This document shows positions 1 to 12,550 of a DNA stretch of 64,000 nt, piece by piece. The stretch spans positions 74,938 through 138,937 of the forward strand of contig NIVC01002414.1 in the NCBI GenBank assembly GCA_002269645.1. Direction: 5' to 3'. Source of the stretch: Macrostomum lignano. Taxonomy: Eukaryota. The position numbers were made by a program, and so were the translations under genes. Position 1 is the stretch's first letter; every line of letters starts with the position of its first letter. The notes below the pieces were generated by a model that saw nothing but the letters and a program-made list of their open reading frames with translations, was not told the DNA's origin and made no database searches.

Positions 1-3000
1 TGTTATCTCCCCCATCTTGTCTCCTTCACTTCTCTGTTATCTCCCCCATCTTGTCTCCTTCACTTCTCTGTCATCTCCCCATCTTGTCTCCTTCACTTCT
101 CTGTTATCTCCCCCATCTTGTCTCCTTCACTTCTCTGTTATCTCCCCCATCTTGTCTCCTTCACTTCTCTGTCATCTCCCCATCTTGTCTCCTTCACTTC
201 TCTGTCATCTCCCCCATCTTGTCTCCTTCACTTCTCTGTCATCTCCCCATCTTGTCTCCTTTACTTCTCTGTCATCTCCCCATCTTGTCTCCTTAACTTC
301 TCTGTCATCTCCCCCATCTTGTCTCCTTAACTTCTCTGTCATCTCCCCCATCTTGTCTCCTTCACTTCTCTGTCATCTCCCCCATCTTGTCTCCTTAACT
401 TCTCTGTCATCTCCCCATCTTGTCTCCTTAACTTCTCTGTCATCTCCCCATCTTGTCTCCTTCACTTCTCTGTCATCTCCCCCATCTTGTCTCCTTAACT
501 TCTCTGTCATCTCCCCATCTTGTCTCCTTAACTTCTCTGTCATCTCCCCCATCTTGTCTCCTTAACTTCTCTGTCATCTCCCCCATCTTGTCTCCTTAAC
601 TTCTCTGTCATCTCCCCCATCTTGTCTCCTTCACTTCTCTGTCATCTCGATCATCTTGTCTCCTTCACTTCTCTGTCATCTCCCCCATCTTGTTTCCTTC
701 ACTTCTCTGTCATCTCCCCCATCTTGTCTCCTTCACTTCTCTGTTATCTCCCCCATCTTGTCTCCTTAACTTCTCTGTCATCTCCCCCATCTTGTCTCCT
801 TCACTTCTCTGTCATCTCCCCCATCTTGTTTCCTTCACTTCTCTGTCATCTCCCCCATCTTGTCTCCTTAACTTCTCTGTCATCTCCCCCATCTTGTCTC
901 CTTCACTTCTCTGTCATCTCCCCCATCTTGTCTCCTTAACTTCTCTGTCATCTCCCCCATCTTGTCTCCTTAACTTCTCTGTCATCTCCCCATCTTGTCT
1001 CCTTCACTTCTCTGTCATCTCCCCCATCTTGTCTCCTTAACTTCTCTGTCATCTCCCCATCTTGTCTCCTTAACTTCTCTGTCATCTCCCCATCTTGTCT
1101 CCTTAACTTCTCTGTCATCTCCCCCATCTTGTCTCCTTAACTTCTCTGTCATCTCCCCATCTTGTCTCCTTAACTTCTCTGTCATCTCCCCCATCTTGTC
1201 TCCTTAACTTCTCTGTCATCTCCCCCATCTTGTCTCCTTCACTTCTCTGTCATCTCCCCCATCTTGTTCCTTCACTTCTCTGTCATCTCCCCCATCTTGT
1301 CTCCTTAACTTCTCTGTCATCTCCCCATCTTGTCTCCTTAACTTCTCTGTCATCTCCCCCATCTTGTCTCCTTCACTTCTCTGTCATCTCCCCCATCTTG
1401 TCTCCTTCACTTCTCTGTCATCTCGATCATCTTGTCTCCTTCACTTCTCTGTCATCTCCCCCATCTTGTTTCCTTCACTTCTCTGTCATCTCCCCCATCT
1501 TGTCTCCTTAACTTCTCTGTCATCTCCCCCATCTTGTCTCCTTAACTTCTCTGTCATCTCCCCCATCTTGTCTCCTTCACTTCTCTGTCATCTCCCCCAT
1601 CTTGTTTCCTTCACTTCTCTGTCATCTCCCCCATCTTGTCTCCTTAACTTCTCTGTCATCTCCCCCATCTTGTCTCCTTAACTTCTCTGTCATCTCGATC
1701 ATCTTGTCTCCTTCACTTCTCTGTCATCTCCCCCATCTTGTCTCCTTCACTTCTCTGTCATCTCCCCCATCTTGTCTCCTTAACTTCTCTGTCATCTCCC
1801 CATCTTGTCTCCTTCACTTCTCTGTCATCTCCCCCATCTTGTCTCCTTCACTTCTCTGTCATCTCCCCCATCTTGTCTCCTTCACTTCTCTGTCATCTCC
1901 CCCATCTTGTCTCCTTCACTTCTCTGTCATCTCCCCCATCTTGTCTCCTTACTTCTCTGTCATCTCCCCATCTTGTCTCCTTCACTTCTCTGTCATCTCC
2001 CCCATCTTGTCTCCTTCACTTCTCTGTCATCTCCCCCATCTTGTCTCCTTCACTTCTCTGTCATCTCCCCCATCTTGTCTCCTTCACTTCTCTGTCATCT
2101 CCCCCATCTTGTTCCTTCACTTCTCTGTCATCTCCCCCATCTTGTCTCCTTCACTTCTCTGTCATCTCCCCCATCTTGTCTCCTTCACTTCTCTGTCATC
2201 TCCCCCATCTTGTCTCCTTCACTTCTCTGTCATCTCCATCTTGTCTCCTTCACTTCTCTGTCATCTCCCCCATCTTGTCTCCTTCACTTCTCTGTCATCT
2301 CCCCCATCTTGTCTCCTTCACTTCTCTGTCATCTCCCCCATCTTGTCTCCTTCACTTCTCTGTCATCTCCCCCATCTTGTTCCTTCACTTCTCTGTCATC
2401 TCCCCCATCTTGTCTCCTTCACTTCTCTGTCATCTCCCCCATCTTGTCTCCTTCACTTCTCTGTCATCTCCCCCATCTTGTTTCCTTCACTTCTCTGTCA
2501 TCTCCCCCATCTTGTTTCCTTCACTTCTCTGTCATCTCCCCCATCTTGTTTCCTTCACTTCTCTGTCATCTCCCCCATCTTGTTCCTTCACTTCTCTGTC
2601 ATCTCCCCCATCTTGTTTCCTTCACTTCTCTGTCATCTCCCCCATCTTGTCTCCTTAACTTCTCTGTCATCTCCCCCATCTTGTCTCCTTAACTTCTCTG
2701 TCATCTCCCCATCTTGTCTCCTTAACTTCTCTGTCATCTCCCCATCTTGTCTCCTTAACTTCTCTGTCATCTCCCCATCTTGTCTCCTTAACTTCTCTGT
2801 CATCTCCCCCATCTTGTCTCCTTAACTTCTCTGTCATCTCCCCCATCTTGTCTCCTTCACTTCTCTGTCATCTCCATCTTGTCTCCTTCACTTCTCTGTC
2901 ATCTCCCCCATCTTGTTCCTTCACTTCTCTGTCATCTCCCCCATCTTGTCTCCTTAACTTCTCTGTCATCTCCCCCATCTTGTCTCCTTCACTTCTCTGT

Positions 3001-5530
3001 CATCTCCCCCATCTTGTCTCCTTCACTTCTCTGTCATCTCCCCCATCTTGTCTCCTTCACTTCTCTGTCATCTCCCCCATCTTGTCTCCTTAACTTCTCT
3101 GTCATCTCCCCCATCTTGTCTCCTTCACTTCTCTGTCATCTCCCCCATCTTGTCTCCTTCACTTCTCTGTCATCTCCATCTTGTCTCCTTCACTTCTCTG
3201 TCATCTCCCCCATCTTGTCTCCTTCACTTCTCTGTCATCTCCCCCATCTTGTCTCCTTCACTTCTCTGTCATCTCCCCCATCTTGTCTCCTTCACTTCTC
3301 TGTCATCTCCATCTTGTCTCCTTCACTTCTCTGTCATCTCCCCCATCTTGTCTCCTTCACTTCTCTGTCATCTCCCCCATCTTGTCTCCTTAACTTCTCT
3401 GTCATCTCCCCCATCTTGTCTCCTTAACTTCTCTGTCATCTCCCCCATCTTGTCTCCTTCACTTCTCTGTCATCTCCCCCATCTTGTCTCCTTCACTTCT
3501 CTGTCATCTCCCCCATCTTGTCTCCTTAACTTCTCTGTCATCTCCCCCATCTTGTCTCCTTAACTTCTCTGTCATCTCCCCCATCTTGTCTCCTTCACTT
3601 CTCTGTCATCTCCCCCATCTTGTCTCCTTCACTTCTCTGTCATCTCCCCCATCTTGTCTCCTTCACTTCTCTGTCATCTCCCCCATCTTGTCTCCTTCAC
3701 TTCTCTGTCATCTCCCCCATCTTGTCTCCTTCACTTCTCTGTCATCTCCCCCATCTTGTCTCCTTCACTTCTCTGTCATCTCCCCCATCTTGTCTCCTTC
3801 ACTTCTCTGTCATCTCCCCCATCTTGTCTCCTTCACTTCTCTGTCATCTCCCCATCTTGTCTCCTTCACTTCTCTGTCATCTCCCCCATCTTGTCTCCTT
3901 CACTTCTCTGTCATCTCCCCCATCTTGTCTCCTTCACTTCTCTGTCATCTCCCCCATCTTGTCTCCTTCACTTCTCTGTCATCTCCCCCATCTTGTCTCC
4001 TTCACTTCTCTGTCATCTCCCCCATCTTGTCTCCTTCACTTCTCTGTCATCTCCCCCATCTTGTCTCCTTCACTTCTCTGTCATCTCCCCCATCTTGTCT
4101 CCTTCACTTCTCTGTCATCTCCCCCATCTTGTCTCCTTCACTTCTCTGTCATCTCCCCCATCTTGTCTCCTTCACTTCTCTGTCATCTCCCCCATCTTGT
4201 CTCCTTCACTTCTCTGTCATCTCCCCCATCTTGTCTCCTTCACTTCTCTGTCATCTCCCCCATCTTGTCTCCTTCACTTCTCTGTCATCTCCCCCATCTT
4301 GTCTCCTTCACTTCTCTGTCATCTCCCCCATCTTGTTTCCTTCACTTCTCTGTCATCTCCCCCATCTTGTTTCCTTCACTTCTCTGTCATCTCCCCCATC
4401 TTGTTTCCTTCACTTCTCTGTCATCTCCCCCATCTTGTTTCCTTCACTTCTCTGTCATCTCCCCCATCTTGTTCCTTCACTTCTCTGTCATCTCCCCCAT
4501 CTTGTCTCCTTAACTTCTCTGTCATCTCCCCCATCTTGTCTCCTTAACTTCTCTGTCATCTCCCCCATCTTGTCTCCTTAACTTCTCTGTCATCTCCCCC
4601 ATCTTGTCTCCTTAACTTCTCTGTCATCTCCCCCATCTTGTCTCCTTAACTTCTCTGTCATCTCCCCCATCTTGTCTCCTTAACTTCTCTGTCATCTCCC
4701 CCATCTTGTCTCCTTCACTTCTCTGTCATCTCCCCCATCTTGTCTCCTTCACTTCTCTGTCATCTCCCCCATCTTGTCTCCTTCACTTCTCTGTCATCTC
4801 CCCCATCTTGTCTCCTTCACTTCTCTGTCATCTCCCCCATCTTGTCTCCTTCACTTCTCTGTCATCTCCCCCATCTTGTCTCCTTCACTTCTCTGTCATC
4901 TCCCCCATCTTGTCTCCTTCACTTCTCTGTCATCTCCCCCATCTTGTCTCCTTACTTCTCTGTCATCTCCCCCATCTTGTCTCCTTCACTTCTCTGTCAT
5001 CTCCCCCATCTTGTCTCCTTCACTTCTCTGTCATCTCCCCCATCTTGTCTCCTTCACTTCTCTGTCATCTCCCCCATCTTGTCTCCTTCACTTCTCTGTC
5101 ATCTCCCCCATCTTGTCTCCTTCACTTCTCTGTCATCTCCCCATCTTGTCTCCTTCACTTCTCTGTCATCTCCCCCATCTTGTCTCCTTCACTTCTCTGT
5201 CATCTCCCCCATCTTGTCTCCTTCACTTCTCTGTCATCTCCCCCATCTTGTCTCCTTCACTTCTCTGTCATCTCCCCCATCTTGTCTCCTTCACTTCTCT
5301 GTCATCTCCCCCATCTTGTCTCCTTCACTTCTCTGTCATCTCCCCCATCTTGTCTCCTTCACTTCTCTGTCATCTCCCCCATCTTGTCTCCTTCACTTCT
5401 CTGTCATCTCCCCCATCTTGTCTCCTTCACTTCTCTGTCATCTCCCCCATCTTGTCTCCTTCACTTCTCTGTCATCTCGATCATCTTGTCATCTCCATCT
5501 ATTCTCTGTCATCTCGATCATCTTGTCTCC
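1..5530. repeat. 34-bp minisatellite array (>5.5 kb, runs off the window start)
   Basis: Unit CTCTGTCATCTCCCCCATCTTGTCTCCTTCACTT, roughly 160 copies, with 33-bp and CTTAAC variants. It degenerates at about 5480-5580. Confidence 0.98.
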
Positions 5531-6942
5531 CATCTATGTCTCCTCTTCTCTGTAGTCTCCTTCATCTTGTCTCATTCTCTTCTTTCTTTCTCTCTCTCCC
5601 TCCATATCCACCTCTACGCAGAGGCGCAACAATAATTGCCAATAATTCACGCAGACGCAGGTAATGGAGCAAGAAATGTTTTTTACCTTTTACACCTTTT
5701 AACCATTTCTAAAATTTAGCACCTACACTGATTGCTGGATTGAAATGTTTTGTACACTATTTTCCTTATATGATATGCCTCATGGGCGCAGCTAAATCTG
5801 CTCATCAAACTACGCAATAGGCGCAGGTGTTAGTTTATATTATACTTAACTAATCTTAATATTTTAGCTACGGACTATAACTATATATAATGTCGTAGCG
5901 TTTCTTACTGCGGCAATTTTTATAGTTTTATATTTTTCTCACGAAGTTCAGTCAAATTGGCTTTGACCCTGGTGCTCTGCTCTAGTTCCAGGCCTGTATA
6001 TATTCCTACTCTTTGAACTTTGATGCTTTATTAGCTAGACCAGTTTTTACTGGCCTAAAAACTTGCGAAATGTTACTACATTTTTTTCAATGCCTTGCCT
6101 TTCTCCAATTATCGTGTGATTTTATATTCTTATCTATCTATCTACACGGCATAAGCGAGTGTAGCGGTATTGCTTTATTTTCCGCTCTTAGCAAAGAGAT
6201 AACGATTAACGCTGATAAGAGGAAAGGACATTAATTTCTAGTGCTGTTCCGCTATGTTCTGCATGTGGCAATTCTACTGAACTGAACACAGTTGACAGCT
6301 CCGCAAGCAGCAAAAAAGTAAAGCAACATCCAACAGTGTCCGGTTGTTGTTCCAATTTTCGGAGTTTTTGGCCTACTCTAATCGACTCCACTTCAACTTC
6401 ATCCTTTCCCATTTTGGTATTGCAAGCGCGTAGGCGCGTAGGCTATTTTTAGAACAAGTCATCGGGGTTTCCTTCCTCCTTTCCTTACCCTCGTCCTTCT
6501 CTCTATTACCCCAGGGGCTTTGAGCCAAACGGGGGCTTGGACTAAAATGGGCCTGCAGTTAATAATCACGCCACCCGCGACCAACCCCTCCAAGCCCGCC
6601 ACTCAGCCCCACCACCCCACACTGTCCGACCAGTAAAAATCGGGGCTCCCAGTGTACACCAGCTTTCACCACGTCATCCCTGTAACCCTATCTGCCCTGT
6701 GTCTGCACCCTGTGTGTACATTTAAAGGTTTATGGTGGGTTTGTTCGCATGCATTTCACATTATATACTCGTATATACATACGGAATAAAATTCCCCCAC
6801 TTGTTAAACGCGTCAAGTTTCAAGCTCTCAAGCTCCGAGCTTTGGCTTTGGCTTAGGGCTTAATCCTTTCAACGTTAACAGCATAAGCCGGAAAAAAACT
6901 ATAAAGTATATCGAAGTACAGTCAATTTGCTTTAATAGAGAA

Positions 6943-8441
6943 ATGACCCGCCTGTTCTCCTCCCTCACGCATTATCTTCGAGACGGCGATCAAGAAGATG
7001 AAAATAATCGAAGGCGAAGAGGTAGTAGTAGCGGAATTGCAGCAAAAGATGGCACCAAAACCAAAGGCTTGTCAGAAGAAGAGGTAAGTAAATTGTGATT
7101 TTTTCTCTTATTATTGAGCCTTAAATAGAAGGAACGGTATAAGCTCGAGACCCAGATCAAAATTCAAAAGTAATAAAAATATGGGGCTTGTTCGTATTAA
7201 AATTTATAATCATTGAGAATGTTCGCATCCGTCAATAAACGAAAAGCAAATTTCAAATTGCATTTCTTCAAAAAGCTTGTCTTTCTCAAATGCTACTACT
7301 ATGAGTATGTTAAAGTAGTACATTAGATATTTAATTATAATCATGTAATCAGCGTTTTTCACTAAATTACAGGTGTCGCAACTACTCGCTCAACGACCAG
7401 CTCTTCTAGAAGCTGCCTGGAATCTTTTGCAGGATAAAGATTGGCAGCCAGCAGTTGAAAAAGGCTCAGTTCGAGTTTTGTCGCAGAAATCGCGTCATAG
7501 GACAAGCGGAAAGGCGTGGCGATTAGAGACTCTGGTTAATCTGTCAGCTGATCGGATGTTTGAAGAGGTGCGACATTGTAGCTATTATCTAGATGCAAAA
7601 TTTCATAAATCATATTCGCAGATCCTAAATCCGATATTTCATATTTCATAATCCCAGATCCCAAATCATAAGTTTCATATTTCATCATCCCAGATCCTCA
7701 AATTCGAAATTTCATATTTCATAATCCCAGATCCCAAATCCTAAGCTTCATATTTCATCATCCCAGATCCTCAAATCAGAAATTTCATATTTCATAATCC
7801 CAGATCCCAAATCCTAAGCTTCATATTTCATCATCCCAGATCCTCAAATCAGAAATTTCATATTTCATAATCCCAGATCCTCAAATCTCAAATTTCATAT
7901 TTCATAATTTCAAATCCCAATTCCAAAATTTAATTTTTCATAATTTCATATATTATTGTCCCAGTTCTGCAGTTCTCTATTATCTCATTCTAGCTAATTC
8001 CGAATCCCGATTCCCAACGCCTTAAACCCGGAACTACTTAAATCCGCAGGTGTGGGATCGAGTCGATCAGCAGCCTTCGTGGAATCCTAATCTCATTCTG
8101 TCCGAAGTTGTCGCCCGCCTTAGTCCGGACGCGACTATTCTGCACAACGCCACGGCCGACACCGCGGGCGGCCTCATCAAAGCGCGCGACTTTGTCACCC
8201 TGTGCGTCCGGGATCGACGGTCTGGAGTGCAGTTCACTGGCGGTGCGGCCATCGAGACCGCCCTGGTGCCGCCGGAGACCAAGCGATTCGTTAGGGGCGA
8301 GAATTTCCCTGGCTGCATCGCCTGCCTGCCCGTGACGTCATACTCCTGCACTCTGGTGTGGATTATGGACTCCGATATTAAGGTGGGTCTGTGTGTCTGT
8401 CTGTCTGGCTGGCTGGCTGTCTGTCTGTCTGGCTGGCTGGC

Positions 8442-8490
<49 letters not shown>

Positions 8491-8541
8491 GGCTGGCTGG
8501 CTGGCTGGCTGGCTGTCTGTCTGTCTGGCTGGCTGGCTGGC

Positions 8542-8614
<73 letters not shown>

Positions 8615-8657
8615 GGCTGGCTGGCTGTCTGTCTGGCTGGCTGGCTGGCTGGCTGGC

Positions 8658-8690
<33 letters not shown>

Positions 8691-8705
8691 GCCTGGCTGG
8701 CTGGC

Positions 8706-8746
<41 letters not shown>

Positions 8747-8829
8747 GGCTGTCTGTCTGTCTGGCTGGCTGGCTGGCTGTCTGTCTGGCTGGCTGGCTGG
8801 CTGTCTGTCTGTCTGTCTGTCTGTCTGGC

Positions 8830-8864
<35 letters not shown>

Positions 8865-9449
8865 GTGTCTGTCTGTGTGTCTGTGTCCAACCTGTCTAAT
8901 TGGAGTGTCCCCTCTGTCTAATTGGAGTGTCCCCTCTGTCTAATTGGAGTGTCCCCTCTGTCTAATTTGAGTGTCCTACCTGTATAATCTGAGTGTCCTG
9001 CCTGTCTTATCTGAGTGTCCTACCTGTCTAATCTGAGTTTCCTGCCTGTCTTATCTGAGTGTCCTACCTGTCTAATCTGAGTGTCCTACCTGTCTAATCT
9101 GAGTGTCCTACCTGTCTAATCTGAGTGTCCTACCTGTCTAATCTGAGTGTCCTACCTGTCTAATCTGAGTGTACTGCCTGTCTGTCTATAATCACTCAAG
9201 GACTACTCAAGGAACTACTTAAGTTGTCCTTGTAATCACTATCGATCCTTAACTCACAAGACCGCAACCAACGCCGCCCCCCCCCCCAATGCTACTGCTC
9301 AGGGCTGGATCCCCACTGGCATCATTGACTCGGCCATGGCCAATGTGATCGCCCAACTCGGCCAAAGCATTCAACAGTTGGCCAGCAAAATTTTGGTTAA
9401 AGAGAAGCGCACAATTTCAATTGCGGATGACGACAAACCTTCCAGCTAG
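6943..9449 (+). CDS. START (StAR-related lipid transfer) domain protein, 4 coding exons, 271 aa
   Basis: Exons 6943-7083, 7373-7567, 8050-8382 and 9303-9449 are joined by phase-0 GT..AG introns into an 816-nt ORF ending in TAG. START-like motifs: DKDWQPAVEKGSVRV, WNPNL, GGLIKARDFV, FVRGENFPG, DIK|GWIPTGIIDSAM. Confidence 0.9.
7600..7915. repeat. ~36-bp intronic tandem repeat with alternating unit types
   Basis: Units TTCATATTTCAT(A/C)ATCCCAGATCC(C/TC)AAATC.., about 8 copies in START intron 2. Confidence 0.9.
8385..8886. repeat. compound (GTCT)n/(GGCT)n microsatellite
   Basis: Begins immediately after the exon-3 donor GT at 8383. Confidence 0.97.
8887..9180. repeat. 22-bp tandem repeat
   Basis: Unit TGTCTAATCTGAGTGTCCTACC, about 13 copies, with left-end variants ..AATTGGAGTGTCCCCT.. 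Confidence 0.93.
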
Positions 9450-9491
9450 CCGTTGCAATTCTTTCGTCACGTGATGAGCTGCCTAGTATGA

Positions 9492-9920
9492 TCACAGATA
9501 CTAAAATAGCTAGATGGGCCACTCAGGCATATATAACAGCTTTCTACTTGCAGTTCAGTAGCAAATAAGAATACATAAGCTATTTTATAAAGAAGGCTTA
9601 GAAGCCCAGTTTTAGAAGCCCAAGCTTGCAGGCGTAAACAGCTTTCTAATTGGTTCAGCAATAATGTACATTGGCCAGTCCACTGAAATGTACATGGCAG
9701 CTTTAGGCTGGAATTCCGAGAAAGGCAATAAAAATTGGGGCGGGGCGGGGGTGTGGAAAGGCGCGGTTGGAGGGAGGGTTTAAGCTGGGGGTAAGAGGTA
9801 ATAAATGAGCCTTGGCATTAAAAATACATTAAAATGCTTCCGTTTAACTTGCTACTGAACTGAAAGTAGCTTAAACGCAAATGTGCTAAGTGGCCCATCT
9901 AGTTATTATGGTATCTGTGA
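9492..9920. mobile_element. MITE-like fold-back element with ~80-bp imperfect inverted arms
   Basis: TCACAGATAC..CTAGATGGGCCACT..CAGTTCAGTAGCAA (9492-9566) is the reverse complement of TTGCTACTGAACTG..AGTGGCCCATCTAG..GTATCTGTGA (9848-9920). No clear TSD found. Confidence 0.6.
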
Positions 9921-10439
9921 ATATGATAAAATAGACTATTTTTTAATTGCAGTTGTTACCAGGACTTCCAGCAGATGTAATACTTGTCGCTAATTATGAT
10001 GTTTTTTGCTTTCAGAATTATAAAAAAAGTACTCGTGTAACATGTAAACACTCCGTCAAATAATTTCTGTTAATGCGCCAGCTGTACTGTACACATCTTA
10101 TACTGTTTGCCACATTATTTGTTTGCATAGAAATTTACATACAACTACTTGTACTGCACTGTTGATTATGAACAAATCAACTCAAAATCGATGCTTGTTG
10201 AATTTTGAATTTCGAATTTTAAATTAATTTTATAATTGAACATTCAAAAAATTGTTAATATAATTATTTATTATCTGTTGTTTTCTAAATGGAACTATTT
10301 GTTTGTTAATAAATCAAAGTCCCATTGGCGAGTTTTAATAAATCCGCTTGAATCGCTTAGAAAAATGATTTTTTCGGTAATTTTATTGCCTTAATTCATT
10401 TAATGAAATGTCATTGATGGACATCTTGACTGTTTACTT

Positions 10440-11580
10440 ACTGTGCTGGCGGATCAAAGTCGTGACTGATTGAGAGGGTGCTGATGGATCAAAGTCGTGA
10501 CTGATTGAGAGGGTGCTGATGGATCAAAATCGTGACTGTTTGAGAGGGTGCTGATGGATCAAAATCGTGACTGTTTGAGAGGGTGCTGACAGATCAAAAT
10601 CGTGACTGTTTGAGAGGGTGCTGATGGATCAAAATCGTGACTGTTTGAGAGGGTGCTGATGGATCAAAATCGTGACTGTTTGAGAGGGTGCTGATGGATC
10701 AAAGTCGTGACTGATTGAGAGGGTGCTGATGGATCAAAATCGTGACTGTTTGAGAGGGTGCTGATGGATCAAAATCGTGACTGTTTGAGAGGGTGCTGAT
10801 GGATCAAAATCGTGACTGTTTGAGAGGGTGCTGATGGATCAAAATCGTGACTGTTTGAGAGGGTGCTGATGGATCAAAGTCGTGACTGATTGAGAGGGTG
10901 CTGATGGATCAAAGTCGTGACTGTTTGAGAGGGTGCTGATGGATCAAAATCGTGACTGTTTGAGAGGGTGCTGATGGATCAAAATCGTGACTGTTTGAGA
11001 GGGTGCTGATGGATCAAAATCGTGACTGTTTGAGAGGGTGCTGATGGATCAAAATCGTGACTGTTTGAGAGGGTGCTGATGGATCAAAGTCGTGACTGTT
11101 TGAGAGGGTGCTGATGGATCAAAGTCGTGACTGTGTTGAGAGGGTGCTGATGGATCAAAATCGTGACTGTTTGAGAGGGTGCTGATGGATCAAAATCGTG
11201 ACTGATTGAGAGGGTGCTGACAGATCAAAGTCGTGACTGTTTGAGAGGGTGCTGACAGATCAAAATCGTGACTGATTGAGAGGGTGCTGACAGATCAAAA
11301 TCGTGACTGATTGAGAGGGTGCTCACAGATCAAAATCGTGACTGTTTGAGAGGGTGCTGACAGATCAAAATCGTGACTGTTTGAGAGGGTGCTGACAGAT
11401 CAAAATCGTGACTGTTTGAGAGGGTGCTGACAGATCAAAATCGTGACTTTTTTAGAGGGTGCTACAAGATCAAAATCGTGACTGATTGAGAGGGTGCTGA
11501 CATGCAGATCAAAATCGTGACTGTTTTAGAGGGTGCTGACAGATCAAAATCATGACTGTTTGAGAGGGTGCTGATGGATC
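10440..11580. repeat. 35-bp minisatellite
   Basis: Unit GTGCTGATGGATCAAAATCGTGACTGTTTGAGAGG, about 32 copies. The right third carries a GACAGATC variant. Confidence 0.97.
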
Positions 11581-12022
11581 AAGATGCTAACAGTTCTTTA
11601 TGGTACTGACGTGTGAAAATCATGTAATTTCAGAGCAATAGAATACATGCAAGTGTAAGTGTTGCATAGGCACACATTTAATTCAGTTAAAAGTATAACT
11701 CAATACCCGACTTAAGAATACTGCAACAGTACTATATACGAGTAGATACTTGCGCGACTTTGTCTATGGTCGTAAGTGTTGCAGCGAATTCAAATTCCTT
11801 ACTCTGAGCCCCAGATGCTGGGACGCAGACTTTTCAACATCTGTTCCAGTTAGGTGACATTTTTAGTGAATCCTTGCTTCGTAGAATTGAAATATAAACT
11901 GTAGTATTGCGTTATCTTTGGGAGTTTATAATAATGTAGGGTTTCCAGTTGTTAACCTGAATAATTTCTACTCTACTATTGAATCAGCTAAACAACTGCA
12001 GTCAGAATATAAAGACAGACAA

Positions 12023-12517
12023 ATGGAGGATACCATTGCCTATCACCATCAGCAGCAGCAACAGCAGCAGAACACAGCGTTTGTAGCGGCGTCGACCACG
12101 GCTCAACAGTCGCTGTCAGTGGCGGAGACTTCCTCATCATCCGGTGCCGCCGTTGTTTCTCTGTCCTCGGCGTCCTCTGTTCACGCCGCCGCTGCAGCCG
12201 CCGCCGCAGCCGCCGCCGCCGCCGCAGCAACAGCTGCTGCCGCCTCCACGGTGCAGTGCTGCGACTGCCAGCTGTGCCAGGCGCGCGACCTCATGGCCTG
12301 GGCGCGGCAGGCGGCTCGGTCAGGGGCCTACTCGTGCGCCCCCGGCTACGCTGCCGTGATGCTCGCGCCGCCGCAGCAGCCGACCGACGGCCTCTACCCA
12401 ATGCAGAATCCGTCCACGGCCGGCCTAGCCGCTGAGATGCAGCATCAGCAGCATCATCAGCATCAGCAGCAGAGCTTGCATCATCTGCAGTTGAATACGC
12501 AGCATCAACATCAGCAT

Positions 12518-12550
<33 letters not shown>

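Noticed and set aside
17-5664. Many long overlapping ORFs (SPSLLCHLPHLV.. repeats)
   Set aside because: These are translations of a stop-poor 34-bp satellite in all three frames with no real start context. The same applies to ORFs over the other arrays (8.4, 17, 23-26, 27-29, 29.5, 37-40 and 42.6-43.8 kb).
6050-6420. Possible hAT transposase C-terminal relic on the minus strand (FSRIATCRT*RNSTRN..)
   Set aside because: The resemblance is faint and interrupted by stops. It cannot be supported without a profile search.
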